In this document: positions 45,994 to 54,311 of the stretch, piece by piece
Layout of the letters: the number at the start of each line of letters is the position of its first letter
Position numbering within the stretch: the first letter of the stretch is position 1
Assembly: GCA_039028615.1 (NCBI GenBank)
Contig: JBCCHT010000010.1
Coordinates: 96,001-160,000, forward strand
Direction of reading: 5' to 3'
Source: Myxococcota bacterium
GTDB taxonomy: Bacteria > Myxococcota_A > Polyangia > Nannocystales > Nannocystaceae
Length of the DNA stretch: 64,000 nt
Position numbers and translations under genes: made by a program
Notes under the pieces: model-generated
Database searches by the model: none
What the model was told of the DNA's origin: nothing
What the model saw: only the letters and a program-made list of their open reading frames with translations

Positions 45994-46521
45994 CTAGCCG
46001 TGGCGGCGCTGAACGGTGGCCTTGAGCTCGCGCCGTAGATCTTCGCGGAGCACCTGGTAGCGAGCGAACTGGTCTTCGTCGAGCACGGCCCGCATGCGGT
46101 CGTCGGTCTGCTGGCGGATCGCGTCCATCGGGGGCCGATGGGCCTGGGCCGCCCGCATCTTGGCCATCCGCGACGGCGAGGCGACGATCGCTTCGAGGTG
46201 AGGCTGCATGGCGGAGGCGTGCTCCGAGAGCACGGTGCGCACGGCCTGTTGTTGTTTCGGCTGGAGCTTCAGCTCCGTGTCCAGCGTCGTCACGAATTCG
46301 GCGAGCACGGCGGCCACGTCGTCGGCGACCTCGGTCTCCGCCGTCGCATCGGCGGCGGGCGCATCGGCGGTGGGCTCGGTGGCCGCGGGTTCCGGCGTGT
46401 CGGTGGTGCTGGGCGCGGTGGTCGGAGGGGTCGTTTCGGAGGCGCAGCCCGCGAGGGGCGCGGCGGCGACGGCCACCAGCGCGAGGGGGATCAGGGAGAG
46501 GAGTTCACGAGTTCGGGACAC
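45994..46521 (-). CDS. Hypothetical lipoprotein with Spy/CpxP-like helical hairpin
   Basis: Lipobox LAGC; LKLQPKQQQAV and VLDEDQFARY resemble LTxxQ motifs; start 46521 or 46530. Confidence 0.65.
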   Translation of the reverse strand: MSRTRELLSLIPLALVAVAAAPLAGCASETTPPTTAPSTTDTPEPAATEPTADAPAADATAETEVADDVAAVLAEFVTTLDTELKLQPKQQQAVRTVLSEHASAMQPHLEAIVASPSRMAKMRAAQAHRPPMDAIRQQTDDRMRAVLDEDQFARYQVLREDLRRELKATVQRRHG

Positions 46522-46534
46522 GTCGCTCACCCGC

Positions 46535-46551
46535 TGCCAGGGCCGTGCCAA
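46535..46551 (-). promoter_or_regulatory. Putative sigma-54 (-24/-12) promoter
   Basis: Minus strand TTGGCACGGCCCTGGCA: GG-N10-GC with TGGCACG, one mismatch to TTGC. Confidence 0.45.
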
Positions 46552-46718
46552 GGCCGTGCGCCATCGATCTCCGGGGCTTGGTGGTGCGCACGATGCCTCA
46601 CCGTTGACTGGAGTCCATGGTCGGTTGGCCATCGCATGGGGTCCGCAATCGACTCCGGCTCATGTCCGCACGAGGCGAACATGAGCCGGATCGGGAAGTT
46701 TGGCTGGCGGCGAGAGCC

Positions 46719-48011
46719 TCAGACGCGTTCCATGACCGCGCCCGCACCCAGGCCACCCGCGGCACAGATCCCCAGCAGGGCGTTCTGCTTGTTGCCGCTG
46801 GCGAGCTCGTTGGCCACGGTGGTGACCATGCGGGCCCCGGTGGCCCCGAAGGGGTGACCGAGCGCGACCGAGCCGCCGTAGAGGTTGAGCTTGTCGGGGT
46901 CGACCTCGCCGACCGCCTTGTCGCGGCCGAGTCGAGCCTTGGCGAACGCGTCGCTGCCGAGCATCTTGAGGACCGAGAGCACCTGGGCGGCGAACGCCTC
47001 GTGCATGTCGATCATGTCGATGTCGTCCATCGTCATGCCCGCGCGGTCGAGCGCCTTGGGCATGGCCAGGGCGGGGCCCATGAGCAGCTGGTCGGCGGGG
47101 TCGACCCCCACGTAGCTCCAGCTGCGGAACGCGGCCTTGGGCGTGTAGCCCAGGGCTCGGGCCTTCTGCTCGCTCATCAGGAGCACCGCGGAGGCGCCGT
47201 CGGTGAGCGGGCTCGAGTTGCCCGCGCTCAGCGTGCCCTTCTTGGCGAACACGGGGCGGAGCTTGGCGAGGGCCTCGACGCTGGTGTCGGCCCGGACCAG
47301 GGTATCGGCGGTGACCGTGCGGCCATCGGGGGTCTGCACCGCGGCGACCTCGTCGCGCAGGCGACCCGAGCTGATGCCGGCCGCGGCCCGGTGATGCGAG
47401 CGCACCGCGAACTCGTCCTGCGACTGTCGCGAGATCTCGTTGCGGCGGGCCATCTCCTCGGCCGCCTCGCCCATCACCTGACCGGTGGTGCGCTCGGCGA
47501 TCTTCGGCATCTTGGGCAGCGCCTCGGAGATCGGCATGAGCTGGCTGAGCACGCCCAGCATGTCCATGGGGGTCGCCTTGCCGAAGGCCAGCGGGGCCAG
47601 GGCGTGCACGACCTTCTGGGGCAGCTTGATCTCGGCGTTGCTGGTCGAGTCGGAGCCGCCCGCGATCATCACGTCGGCGTCACCGTTCTCGATGGCCGCG
47701 ACGGCGGAGGTGATCGCCTGCAGGCCGGAGGCGCAGGCACGGGTGACCGTGTGGCCCTCGACGCGCGCGGGCAGGCGCAGGTCCAAGGCGATTTCACGGG
47801 CGACGTTGGGGGCGAGTCCCGGGAGGATCACGCCGCCCCACACGATGCCGTCGATCTCGTCGTGCGAGACCTCGGTGCGCTCGAGCAGGGCCCCTACGGC
47901 CGCATCGCCTAGGGCGATGGAGTCCATCTTGAGGAATTCGGCGAAAGCCTTGACGAAGGGAGTTCGGACTCCCTCGACCACGACTGCGCGTCGCTTGCCA
48001 TCTTTGCTCAT
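46719..48011 (-). CDS. fadI: Acetyl-CoA C-acyltransferase (FadI-type thiolase)
   Basis: RACASG, NSSPLTDGA, MHEAFAAQ, GHPFGATG, CAAGGLG. Confidence 0.9.
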   Translation of the reverse strand: MSKDGKRRAVVVEGVRTPFVKAFAEFLKMDSIALGDAAVGALLERTEVSHDEIDGIVWGGVILPGLAPNVAREIALDLRLPARVEGHTVTRACASGLQAITSAVAAIENGDADVMIAGGSDSTSNAEIKLPQKVVHALAPLAFGKATPMDMLGVLSQLMPISEALPKMPKIAERTTGQVMGEAAEEMARRNEISRQSQDEFAVRSHHRAAAGISSGRLRDEVAAVQTPDGRTVTADTLVRADTSVEALAKLRPVFAKKGTLSAGNSSPLTDGASAVLLMSEQKARALGYTPKAAFRSWSYVGVDPADQLLMGPALAMPKALDRAGMTMDDIDMIDMHEAFAAQVLSVLKMLGSDAFAKARLGRDKAVGEVDPDKLNLYGGSVALGHPFGATGARMVTTVANELASGNKQNALLGICAAGGLGAGAVMERV

Positions 48012-48029
48012 GAGTGTCTCTCCTCGATC

Positions 48030-49466
48030 TCAGGCGCCGACGAGGGCGCCGCCGCAGACCCGCAGGACCTGGCCGGTGGTGGCCGCTGCTCCGGGGGTGG
48101 AAAAGTAGGTGATCGCCTCGCCGACGTCGCGGGGGAGGCCGCCTTGGCCCAGGCTACTCAGGCGCCGGGCCACCTCGCGGATGACCACCGGGATGGCGGC
48201 GGTCAGCCGGGTCTCGATGAATCCGGGCGCGATCGCGTTGACGGCGATGCCCCGGTCGGCCAGCGTCTCGGCCAGCTTGGCGGTGTAGCCGATGACACCG
48301 GCCTTGGACGCGGAGTAGTTGGTCTGCCCCATGTTGCCGGCGATGCCGGCGATGGAGGACAGCAGCACGATGCGGCCCTCGTCGCGGAGCGGACCCTCGA
48401 TCAGCGCCTCGGTGATGCGCGCCACCGCGCTGAGGTTGATGTCGATGGTCTGGTCCCAGCGCTCCGGCTTCATGCGGGCGAGGGTCTTGTCGCGGGTGAT
48501 GCCCGCGTTGTGCACGACGATGTCGACGCCGCCGTGGTGCTCCTGGAAGTGCTTGGCGATGAGGGCGGGCGCCTCGGGGTCGCTGACGTCGGCCAGTAGC
48601 ACGCTGCCGCCGATCTCTCGGGCGACCTGGCTGGCCAGGGCGTCGTCTTGCGGGCGGTCGAGGCAGACCACGTGGGCGCCCTCTTCCGCCATCAGCTTGG
48701 CGGCGGCGGCCCCGATGCCGCGGGCGGCACCGGTGACCAGCGCGACCTTGCCCTGGAGCGGCCGCACGAAGGGCACGGAGGCGGGCCACTTGGCGCGGGC
48801 GTCCACGTGCAGCGGCTGCCCGGCGATGAAGGCCGAGCGGGGCGACAGCAGGAAGCGAAGCAGCGGCTCGACCCGCTCCTCGGCGCCCTCGGACACGGTG
48901 ACCAGCTGGGCGGTGGAGCCCTTCTTGCCGACCTCTTTGTTGATGCTGCGGACGAACCCGTCGAGCGCAGCCGCGGCCGCGGCCGCGCGGGGCTCGGCGT
49001 GCGAGTCGGCGGGGCGCCCCAACACCACGATGCGGCCGCAGTTGCGGAGCCGGTACATCAGCGGGTTGAAGAAGTCGTAGAGCGAGCGCAGCTGCTCGGG
49101 ATCGGTGAGGCCGGTGGCGTCGAAGACGAAGCCGTGGGCCTTGAGGCGATCGGGGATCTCGGTGAGGCTGAGCATCCGGGCGGGACGCCCGTAGGCCTCG
49201 CCGGGCTCCACGAAGGGCTGTTGGATCGCGTCCTCACCGACGAGCCGGACTTCGGCGCCGGCCATCACCAAGGTGCGGGCGACCACCGAGGCCATGACGC
49301 CACCGGGGGCCGCGCCGTAGACCAGCTCGTAGTCGTGCAAGGGACGGTCTTGGCGTGACCCCTTGGCGCGCCGCAGCGAGGGCGGCATGGGCACGGGCAG
49401 GCCGATCGTCTTGATGAGCTTGCGAGCGGTGGGGTTCTTTCCGAGGTCGACAAAGAAGTCGTTCAT
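48030..49466 (-). CDS. High-molecular-weight 3-oxoacyl reductase (FabG4-like)
   Basis: N-terminal degenerate domain (FDATGL..LYDFF) plus SDR TGAARGIG, HNAGITRDKTL, NYSASK; start MNDFF at 49466. Confidence 0.9.
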   Translation of the reverse strand: MNDFFVDLGKNPTARKLIKTIGLPVPMPPSLRRAKGSRQDRPLHDYELVYGAAPGGVMASVVARTLVMAGAEVRLVGEDAIQQPFVEPGEAYGRPARMLSLTEIPDRLKAHGFVFDATGLTDPEQLRSLYDFFNPLMYRLRNCGRIVVLGRPADSHAEPRAAAAAAALDGFVRSINKEVGKKGSTAQLVTVSEGAEERVEPLLRFLLSPRSAFIAGQPLHVDARAKWPASVPFVRPLQGKVALVTGAARGIGAAAAKLMAEEGAHVVCLDRPQDDALASQVAREIGGSVLLADVSDPEAPALIAKHFQEHHGGVDIVVHNAGITRDKTLARMKPERWDQTIDINLSAVARITEALIEGPLRDEGRIVLLSSIAGIAGNMGQTNYSASKAGVIGYTAKLAETLADRGIAVNAIAPGFIETRLTAAIPVVIREVARRLSSLGQGGLPRDVGEAITYFSTPGAAATTGQVLRVCGGALVGA

Positions 49467-50368
49467 GATGAAACCTTCGTTTCGAATTGGCCTTCGAGAT
49501 AGGCGGGACCGCCGGGGGCGTCGCCGACCCACACCGAGTGACCCTTGACGTAGAGCCCGACCTTGGCCGGCAGCACCAGCGGTTTGGTGAACTTGACATC
49601 GAGTACCGACAGGGCGCGGGTCGAGCCCGCGAAGAGGGTGCGTTGCAGGCCCTCCATGGTGCGAGCCATGGTGGAGAAACCGTGAAGGATGGTGTTGCGG
49701 AAGCCGAAGGCGCGCGCGTAGGGGGCGACCCAATGCACCGGGTTGAAGTCCCCGGTGAGGCGCGCGAAGTCGAGTCCGGCGTCGGGGCGTAGCCGCCAGC
49801 GCTGGAGCTCCTCGGCGTCGCCGGGCACCCGCGGGCGCTCCCTCTTCTTGCCGCCCTTGTTGCCGCCGCCCAGCGGGACGATGGCGTACAGGTGGCCGAC
49901 GACGGCATCGGGGTTGGAGCTCGTACCGGTGGCGACCCGCTGGTGGATCACCGCGCGGCTGCCGTTGTCGTCGATGCCCTCGAGGCGGGCGCGGGCGTGC
50001 AGGGCCTCCTTGGCGGGCAGGGGAGCGTTGATCTCCAGCCGGCAGCCGCCGTTGAGCACCTTGAACATGGGGTAGGGCAGGCCCTGCAGCGTGCGCGAGG
50101 CCAGCGGGAAGCCCCACTGCGGGAAGAAGTGGGCGGGCACCTGGCCGCGGTACGACGAGGGGTCACCGCCCACGTGGCGGATATAGGCCTTGAGCAGATC
50201 GGCCGGACGCGGCGTGATGGTGGTCGCGATCTCGGGTCCGGGCGTCTCGGGCAGACCGGTGTCCCCCGGGCCGTGGCCCATGCGCTGCCGGATGGCCGAG
50301 ACGCCCACCGCAGCGAGGGTCTTGATCACTGGGCCCTGGGCCAGGATGTGCTTGTTGGAGACGGGCAT
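49463..50368 (-). CDS. MaoC-family (R)-specific enoyl-CoA hydratase/dehydratase (double hotdog)
   Basis: FARLTGDFNPVH..ARAFGFRNTILHG hydratase motif; start MPVSNK at 50368. Confidence 0.88.
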   Translation of the reverse strand: MPVSNKHILAQGPVIKTLAAVGVSAIRQRMGHGPGDTGLPETPGPEIATTITPRPADLLKAYIRHVGGDPSSYRGQVPAHFFPQWGFPLASRTLQGLPYPMFKVLNGGCRLEINAPLPAKEALHARARLEGIDDNGSRAVIHQRVATGTSSNPDAVVGHLYAIVPLGGGNKGGKKRERPRVPGDAEELQRWRLRPDAGLDFARLTGDFNPVHWVAPYARAFGFRNTILHGFSTMARTMEGLQRTLFAGSTRALSVLDVKFTKPLVLPAKVGLYVKGHSVWVGDAPGGPAYLEGQFETKVSS

Positions 50369-50400
50369 GATGTTCGCTCGTTCGTTGGCGAAGGGCGGCC

Positions 50401-52317
50401 CTATTGCGCGGCCGACTTGGCCTCGTCCGCGCCGCGGGTGTAGCGGGCGAGCCGGTCGAGCAGGTTCTTGCCCGTGTTGGTGATGAGGTCGTGCTGGTGA
50501 CGGGCGCGGGGCTCGGCGCGGTCGAGGTAGCGCTCGAGCACCTCGATGCGCTCGGGGTGCTGCTTGCACTGCTCGAGCAGGACCTCGCAGATGGCCACGT
50601 CGGACAGCAGCTGGGTCAGGTGCTCCGCGTGCAGCATGGCGTAGGAGAAGTCGCGCTTGGGATCCCAGCCGTTGGTGAAGGCCTTGGGCCACTGCGTGAT
50701 GGGCTTGTCCTGGACCGCCTTGAACTTGTCGGTGGCGGTGCGGCGGATGAGGTGCTGCTGGGCGTCGAAGGACAGCACCTGCAGCTTGGCCACCCGGCGC
50801 TCGTGCGCGTCGCGGGCCGACAGCGAGCGCCAGCGGGCCTGCGCCGACTGCTTCACGAAGTCCTGGGGCGCCTTGATGATCGCGCCCAGGGTGTCCTTCA
50901 TGGCCATGAGGGCCTGGATCTGGCTGGTGCCCTCGTAGATGGGCATGACCATCGAGTCGCGCAGCAGTTTCTCGGCGCCGTACTCGGTCGTGTAGCCGTT
51001 GCCGCCGTGAATCTGCACGGCGCGGCGGGACATCTCGACCGCCTTCTCGGCCGCGAGATACTTGAGCAGCGGGGTCACCTTGCGCGCGGCGGAGGCGTGC
51101 TTGCTCTTGGCCCGACGCAGCTCGGAGGCGCGGTCGGTGTCGACGCGGCTGGCGATGTCCAGCTTCTGCGACATCTCCTCGTGGAATGCCCCGTGCATGA
51201 TCAGGGCGCGCAGGCCCTGGATGTCGGTCTTCATCTCGTCGAGGTAGTCGAAGATCATCTCGTGCTGGTCGATGGTCTTGCCCATCGACGGGCGCTGCTC
51301 GGCGTACTCCTTGGCGGCCCGGTAGGCGGCCTCGCACAGCCCGAGAGACTCGAAGCCGACGCCCAGGCGGGCGTTGTTCATCAGCAGGAGCATGTAGCGG
51401 AAGCCCTCGCCGCGCTCGCCGATGAGGTGGGCGGGGGCGCGGTCGAAGCTCAGGGCCGCGGTGCAGGAGCCGTGGTGGCCGAGCTTCTCCTCGACGCGCT
51501 CGAGGGTCACGAGGCGCTTGCGGTTGCCGTCCTCGTCCTCCTCGTAGGCGGGCACGAGGAACATCGACAGCCCGGCCAGGCCGGCCATGGGGTCGTCGGG
51601 GTCGCCCGGCTTCTCGGTGCGGGCGATGACGAAGTGGTACTTGCCGTGGCCCGAGGTGATGAAGATCTTCTGCCCGGTGACGAACCAGTTGCCGTCGGCG
51701 TCCTGCTCACCCACGGTGCGCAGCGAGGCCATGTCGGAGCCGGCGTCGGGCTCGGTGATGTCCATGCAGCCCCAGGCTTCACCGCTGGCGATCTCCTCGA
51801 TCTCGTCCTGGAAGCGGGTCTTGGCGACGCGGTGACCCTCGAAGGTGGTGGAGCCCTCGCGGATGGAGAAGGCCAGCATCGCCAGCGCCATGCCGCCATG
51901 GAAGCCGTGGTGGGCCATGACCGAGACGTCGGCGCGGGCCATCAGCTCGGCGCTGATGAAGTAGAGGATGAGCGGGCAGTTCATCCCGTCCAACTCGCGG
52001 GGGATGTTGAGACGGTGGAGGTCCAGCTCCTTGATCTGGTCGAAGAGCTCGTCGAGCTCGGGGGCGCAGTGGGCCTCGCCGTCCTCGACGATGAAGCCGG
52101 CCTTCTCGATGGCGCGGGCGCGGGGGACGATCTCTTCGGCGGCGAGCTTGCCGATCATGTCGGCGATGTCGCGGTACATGTCGACGGCCTCGCCCAGATC
52201 TTGGGGGCCGTCTTCGTCTTCGAAGCCGCGCTCGGTGAGCTTGACGACGGGCTCCCAGTCGATGCCCTTGTCGAGGTAGAACAGCAGGTCTTCGTTGTCG
52301 GAAAGGAAGTTGGCCAT
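50401..52317 (-). CDS. Acyl-CoA dehydrogenase
   Basis: MDITEPDAGSD, GQKIFIT, EEKLGHHGS, MNNARLGV, QIHGGNGY, IYEGTSQIQ. Confidence 0.95.
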   Translation of the reverse strand: MANFLSDNEDLLFYLDKGIDWEPVVKLTERGFEDEDGPQDLGEAVDMYRDIADMIGKLAAEEIVPRARAIEKAGFIVEDGEAHCAPELDELFDQIKELDLHRLNIPRELDGMNCPLILYFISAELMARADVSVMAHHGFHGGMALAMLAFSIREGSTTFEGHRVAKTRFQDEIEEIASGEAWGCMDITEPDAGSDMASLRTVGEQDADGNWFVTGQKIFITSGHGKYHFVIARTEKPGDPDDPMAGLAGLSMFLVPAYEEDEDGNRKRLVTLERVEEKLGHHGSCTAALSFDRAPAHLIGERGEGFRYMLLLMNNARLGVGFESLGLCEAAYRAAKEYAEQRPSMGKTIDQHEMIFDYLDEMKTDIQGLRALIMHGAFHEEMSQKLDIASRVDTDRASELRRAKSKHASAARKVTPLLKYLAAEKAVEMSRRAVQIHGGNGYTTEYGAEKLLRDSMVMPIYEGTSQIQALMAMKDTLGAIIKAPQDFVKQSAQARWRSLSARDAHERRVAKLQVLSFDAQQHLIRRTATDKFKAVQDKPITQWPKAFTNGWDPKRDFSYAMLHAEHLTQLLSDVAICEVLLEQCKQHPERIEVLERYLDRAEPRARHQHDLITNTGKNLLDRLARYTRGADEAKSAAQ

Positions 52318-52404
52318 GAGGCTACGACTCCGTAGTACGGTCCCTGAGGACCGGCGGGGTTGACGTTCAACGGTGGGGGCCCCGGGGGTTACCCGGGCCC
52401 GAGT

Positions 52405-53109
52405 TCACTCCGCGGGATCGCCAGAGGACTGGCGAACGGGAGTGGGCGGAAATACATCGGGAGGGTCGATGCCCTGGCGCGCGGCCGCGGGATCGACGAA
52501 CAAACCAGCACGAGCCACCCGAAGCAGCTCGACGACATAGCGCTCGGCGATGGCGTCACGCTCTTCGGATTCCGGAGGAACCAGCGCGACGATGGAATCG
52601 ACGAGAGCCATTCCACTGACCATCAAGTTGATCATGTGGACGATATAGGCCTCGGGGTCGATGTCCGCGTGGACACGGCCCTGCTGTTGGCCTTTGCGAA
52701 TGTAGTCGCAGATGATCTTGGTCCACGGCTGGACGTGCTGCTCGATGAGCGGGCGCATCTCCTCGGGACGATCGAGCAGCTCGCGGAGCAACAGCCGCGC
52801 TCGGTCGGGATCGGAACGGAAGAACTGCAGCGTCTCCGTCGCCACCGCTTCGAACTGCTCGGGGCCCGAGGTGGCGGCCTTGAGCAGGCGCGGCACGACC
52901 TCGTTCCAGTGCGAGAGCATGTTCTCGAGCACGCCGCGGCGCAGCTCGTCTTTGGAATTGAAGTGATACAGAAGCGAGGGCTTCCGGATCCCGACAGCGA
53001 TGGCAATGTCGCGCAGCGATGCGCCCACGAAGCCTCGGGCGGCGAACAGCCGCGTGGCGTGGGCGAGAATCTGCTGGCTGATGTCGGCGCCTTTGGAACG
53101 CTCGGTCAT
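52405..53109 (-). CDS. TetR/AcrR family transcriptional regulator
   Basis: ILAHATRLFAARGF..ASLRDIA..VGIRKPSLLYHFNSKDEL. Confidence 0.95.
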   Translation of the reverse strand: MTERSKGADISQQILAHATRLFAARGFVGASLRDIAIAVGIRKPSLLYHFNSKDELRRGVLENMLSHWNEVVPRLLKAATSGPEQFEAVATETLQFFRSDPDRARLLLRELLDRPEEMRPLIEQHVQPWTKIICDYIRKGQQQGRVHADIDPEAYIVHMINLMVSGMALVDSIVALVPPESEERDAIAERYVVELLRVARAGLFVDPAAARQGIDPPDVFPPTPVRQSSGDPAE

Positions 53110-53125
53110 TGGCGACGCGGGCTGG

Positions 53126-53188
53126 TTCTACCAACCGTTCGATTGTTCTCTACCACTCGGTAGAGAGGTCGTCAACCGACCGGTAGAC
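53126..53188. promoter_or_regulatory. Three tandem TACC-N4-GGTA palindromes (putative TetR operators)
   Basis: Perfect TCTCTACC-ACTC-GGTAGAGA (53147-53166); GTCAACC-GACC-GGTAGAC (53171-53188); degenerate TCTACC-AACC-GTTCGA (53127-53142). Confidence 0.65.
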
Positions 53189-53263
53189 AAGCGCGATCCT
53201 CGCGTTCGAAGCGGCAGAAATGGTGCCTGCGTTCCTCTGTAGGCGTCCTAGACTCTCATCTGC

Positions 53264-54298
53264 ATGAACAACCTGATGGCCGAGACCGTTCGTCTGGCGT
53301 ATCGCGGGCAGCAGCAATCGCTGCGCGGCGCCTCCGCAGTCGCCTTCCGCATTGGACGTCGCTTGGCCTTCGGCAAGGAGGCCCAGCCGGCCCCCCATCA
53401 ATTGAAGGCGCTGCTCGACAGCTTCGAGAGCCTGCTTCGGCGCGACTTCCAAAACGCGAAGGCGGGCATCTACCCCTCGTCGTTGCTCTTCCAGATTCCC
53501 TACCGGACCTACGCGCGGTCGCTGCCGCGGCTGGTCCGCGACATGCCCAACATCCTGCGCCGCAAGCAGCACGACGACTGGAAGGATCTGCCGTGCGAGG
53601 TCGACGTGCGCGGCTACCCGCCCTACTACCGCCGCACCTTCCATTGGCAGAGCGATGGCTACCTCAGCCGGCGCTCGGCCGAGCTGTATGACGTGGGCGT
53701 CGAGCTGTTGTTCGGAGGCACGGCCGACGTGATGCGTCGCCAGGTCATCCCGCCCATCGTCGCGCATGCCCGCGGTCGCGGTCGGCCCATCAACGTGCTC
53801 GAGATCGCCTGCGGTACCGGTCGCGCCGGCTCCCAGCTCGTCCGCGCGCTGCCCGATGCCAGCTACACCGGCCTCGACCTCAGCCCCTACTACATCGACG
53901 TCGCGCGCGAGCGCCTGGGGCAGGGCGGGCAGGTGCGCTTCGAGGTCGGCAACGCGGAGTCGTTGCCCTTCGCCGACGGTAGCTTCGACGCGGTGTTCTC
54001 CGTCTACTTGTTCCACGAGCTGCCCCGCAACGCGCGGCGCCGCGTGTGGTCCGAGATGCGCCGCGTCCTTCGTCCGGGCGGCTGCGTGGTGATCGAGGAC
54101 TCGCTGCAGCCGGGCGATGCGGGCGACCTGGGCACCTTCCTCGATCGTTTCCCCGAGGACATGCACGAGCCCTTCTATCGCGACTACCTGCGCGACGACA
54201 TCGGCGAGGGGCTCGAGGAGATGGGCTTCGTGGTCGATCAGACCGAGCGGGCATTTTTGTCCAAGGTGGTGCATGCTCACCGCCCGCTTTCCTCCTGA
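53264..54298 (+). CDS. Class I SAM-dependent methyltransferase
   Basis: YPPYYRRTFHWQSDGYLS, VLEIACGTG, LDLSPYY, GNAESLPFADGSFD, YLFHELP. Confidence 0.9.
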   Translation: MNNLMAETVRLAYRGQQQSLRGASAVAFRIGRRLAFGKEAQPAPHQLKALLDSFESLLRRDFQNAKAGIYPSSLLFQIPYRTYARSLPRLVRDMPNILRRKQHDDWKDLPCEVDVRGYPPYYRRTFHWQSDGYLSRRSAELYDVGVELLFGGTADVMRRQVIPPIVAHARGRGRPINVLEIACGTGRAGSQLVRALPDASYTGLDLSPYYIDVARERLGQGGQVRFEVGNAESLPFADGSFDAVFSVYLFHELPRNARRRVWSEMRRVLRPGGCVVIEDSLQPGDAGDLGTFLDRFPEDMHEPFYRDYLRDDIGEGLEEMGFVVDQTERAFLSKVVHAHRPLSS

Positions 54299-54311
54299 GC
54301 AGCCTCGCCCC

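Noticed and set aside
48030..51337. Apparent long N-terminal extensions of the FabG (695 aa) and MaoC (624 aa) track ORFs
   Set aside because: Extensions overlap upstream genes in another frame; true starts at 49466 and 50368
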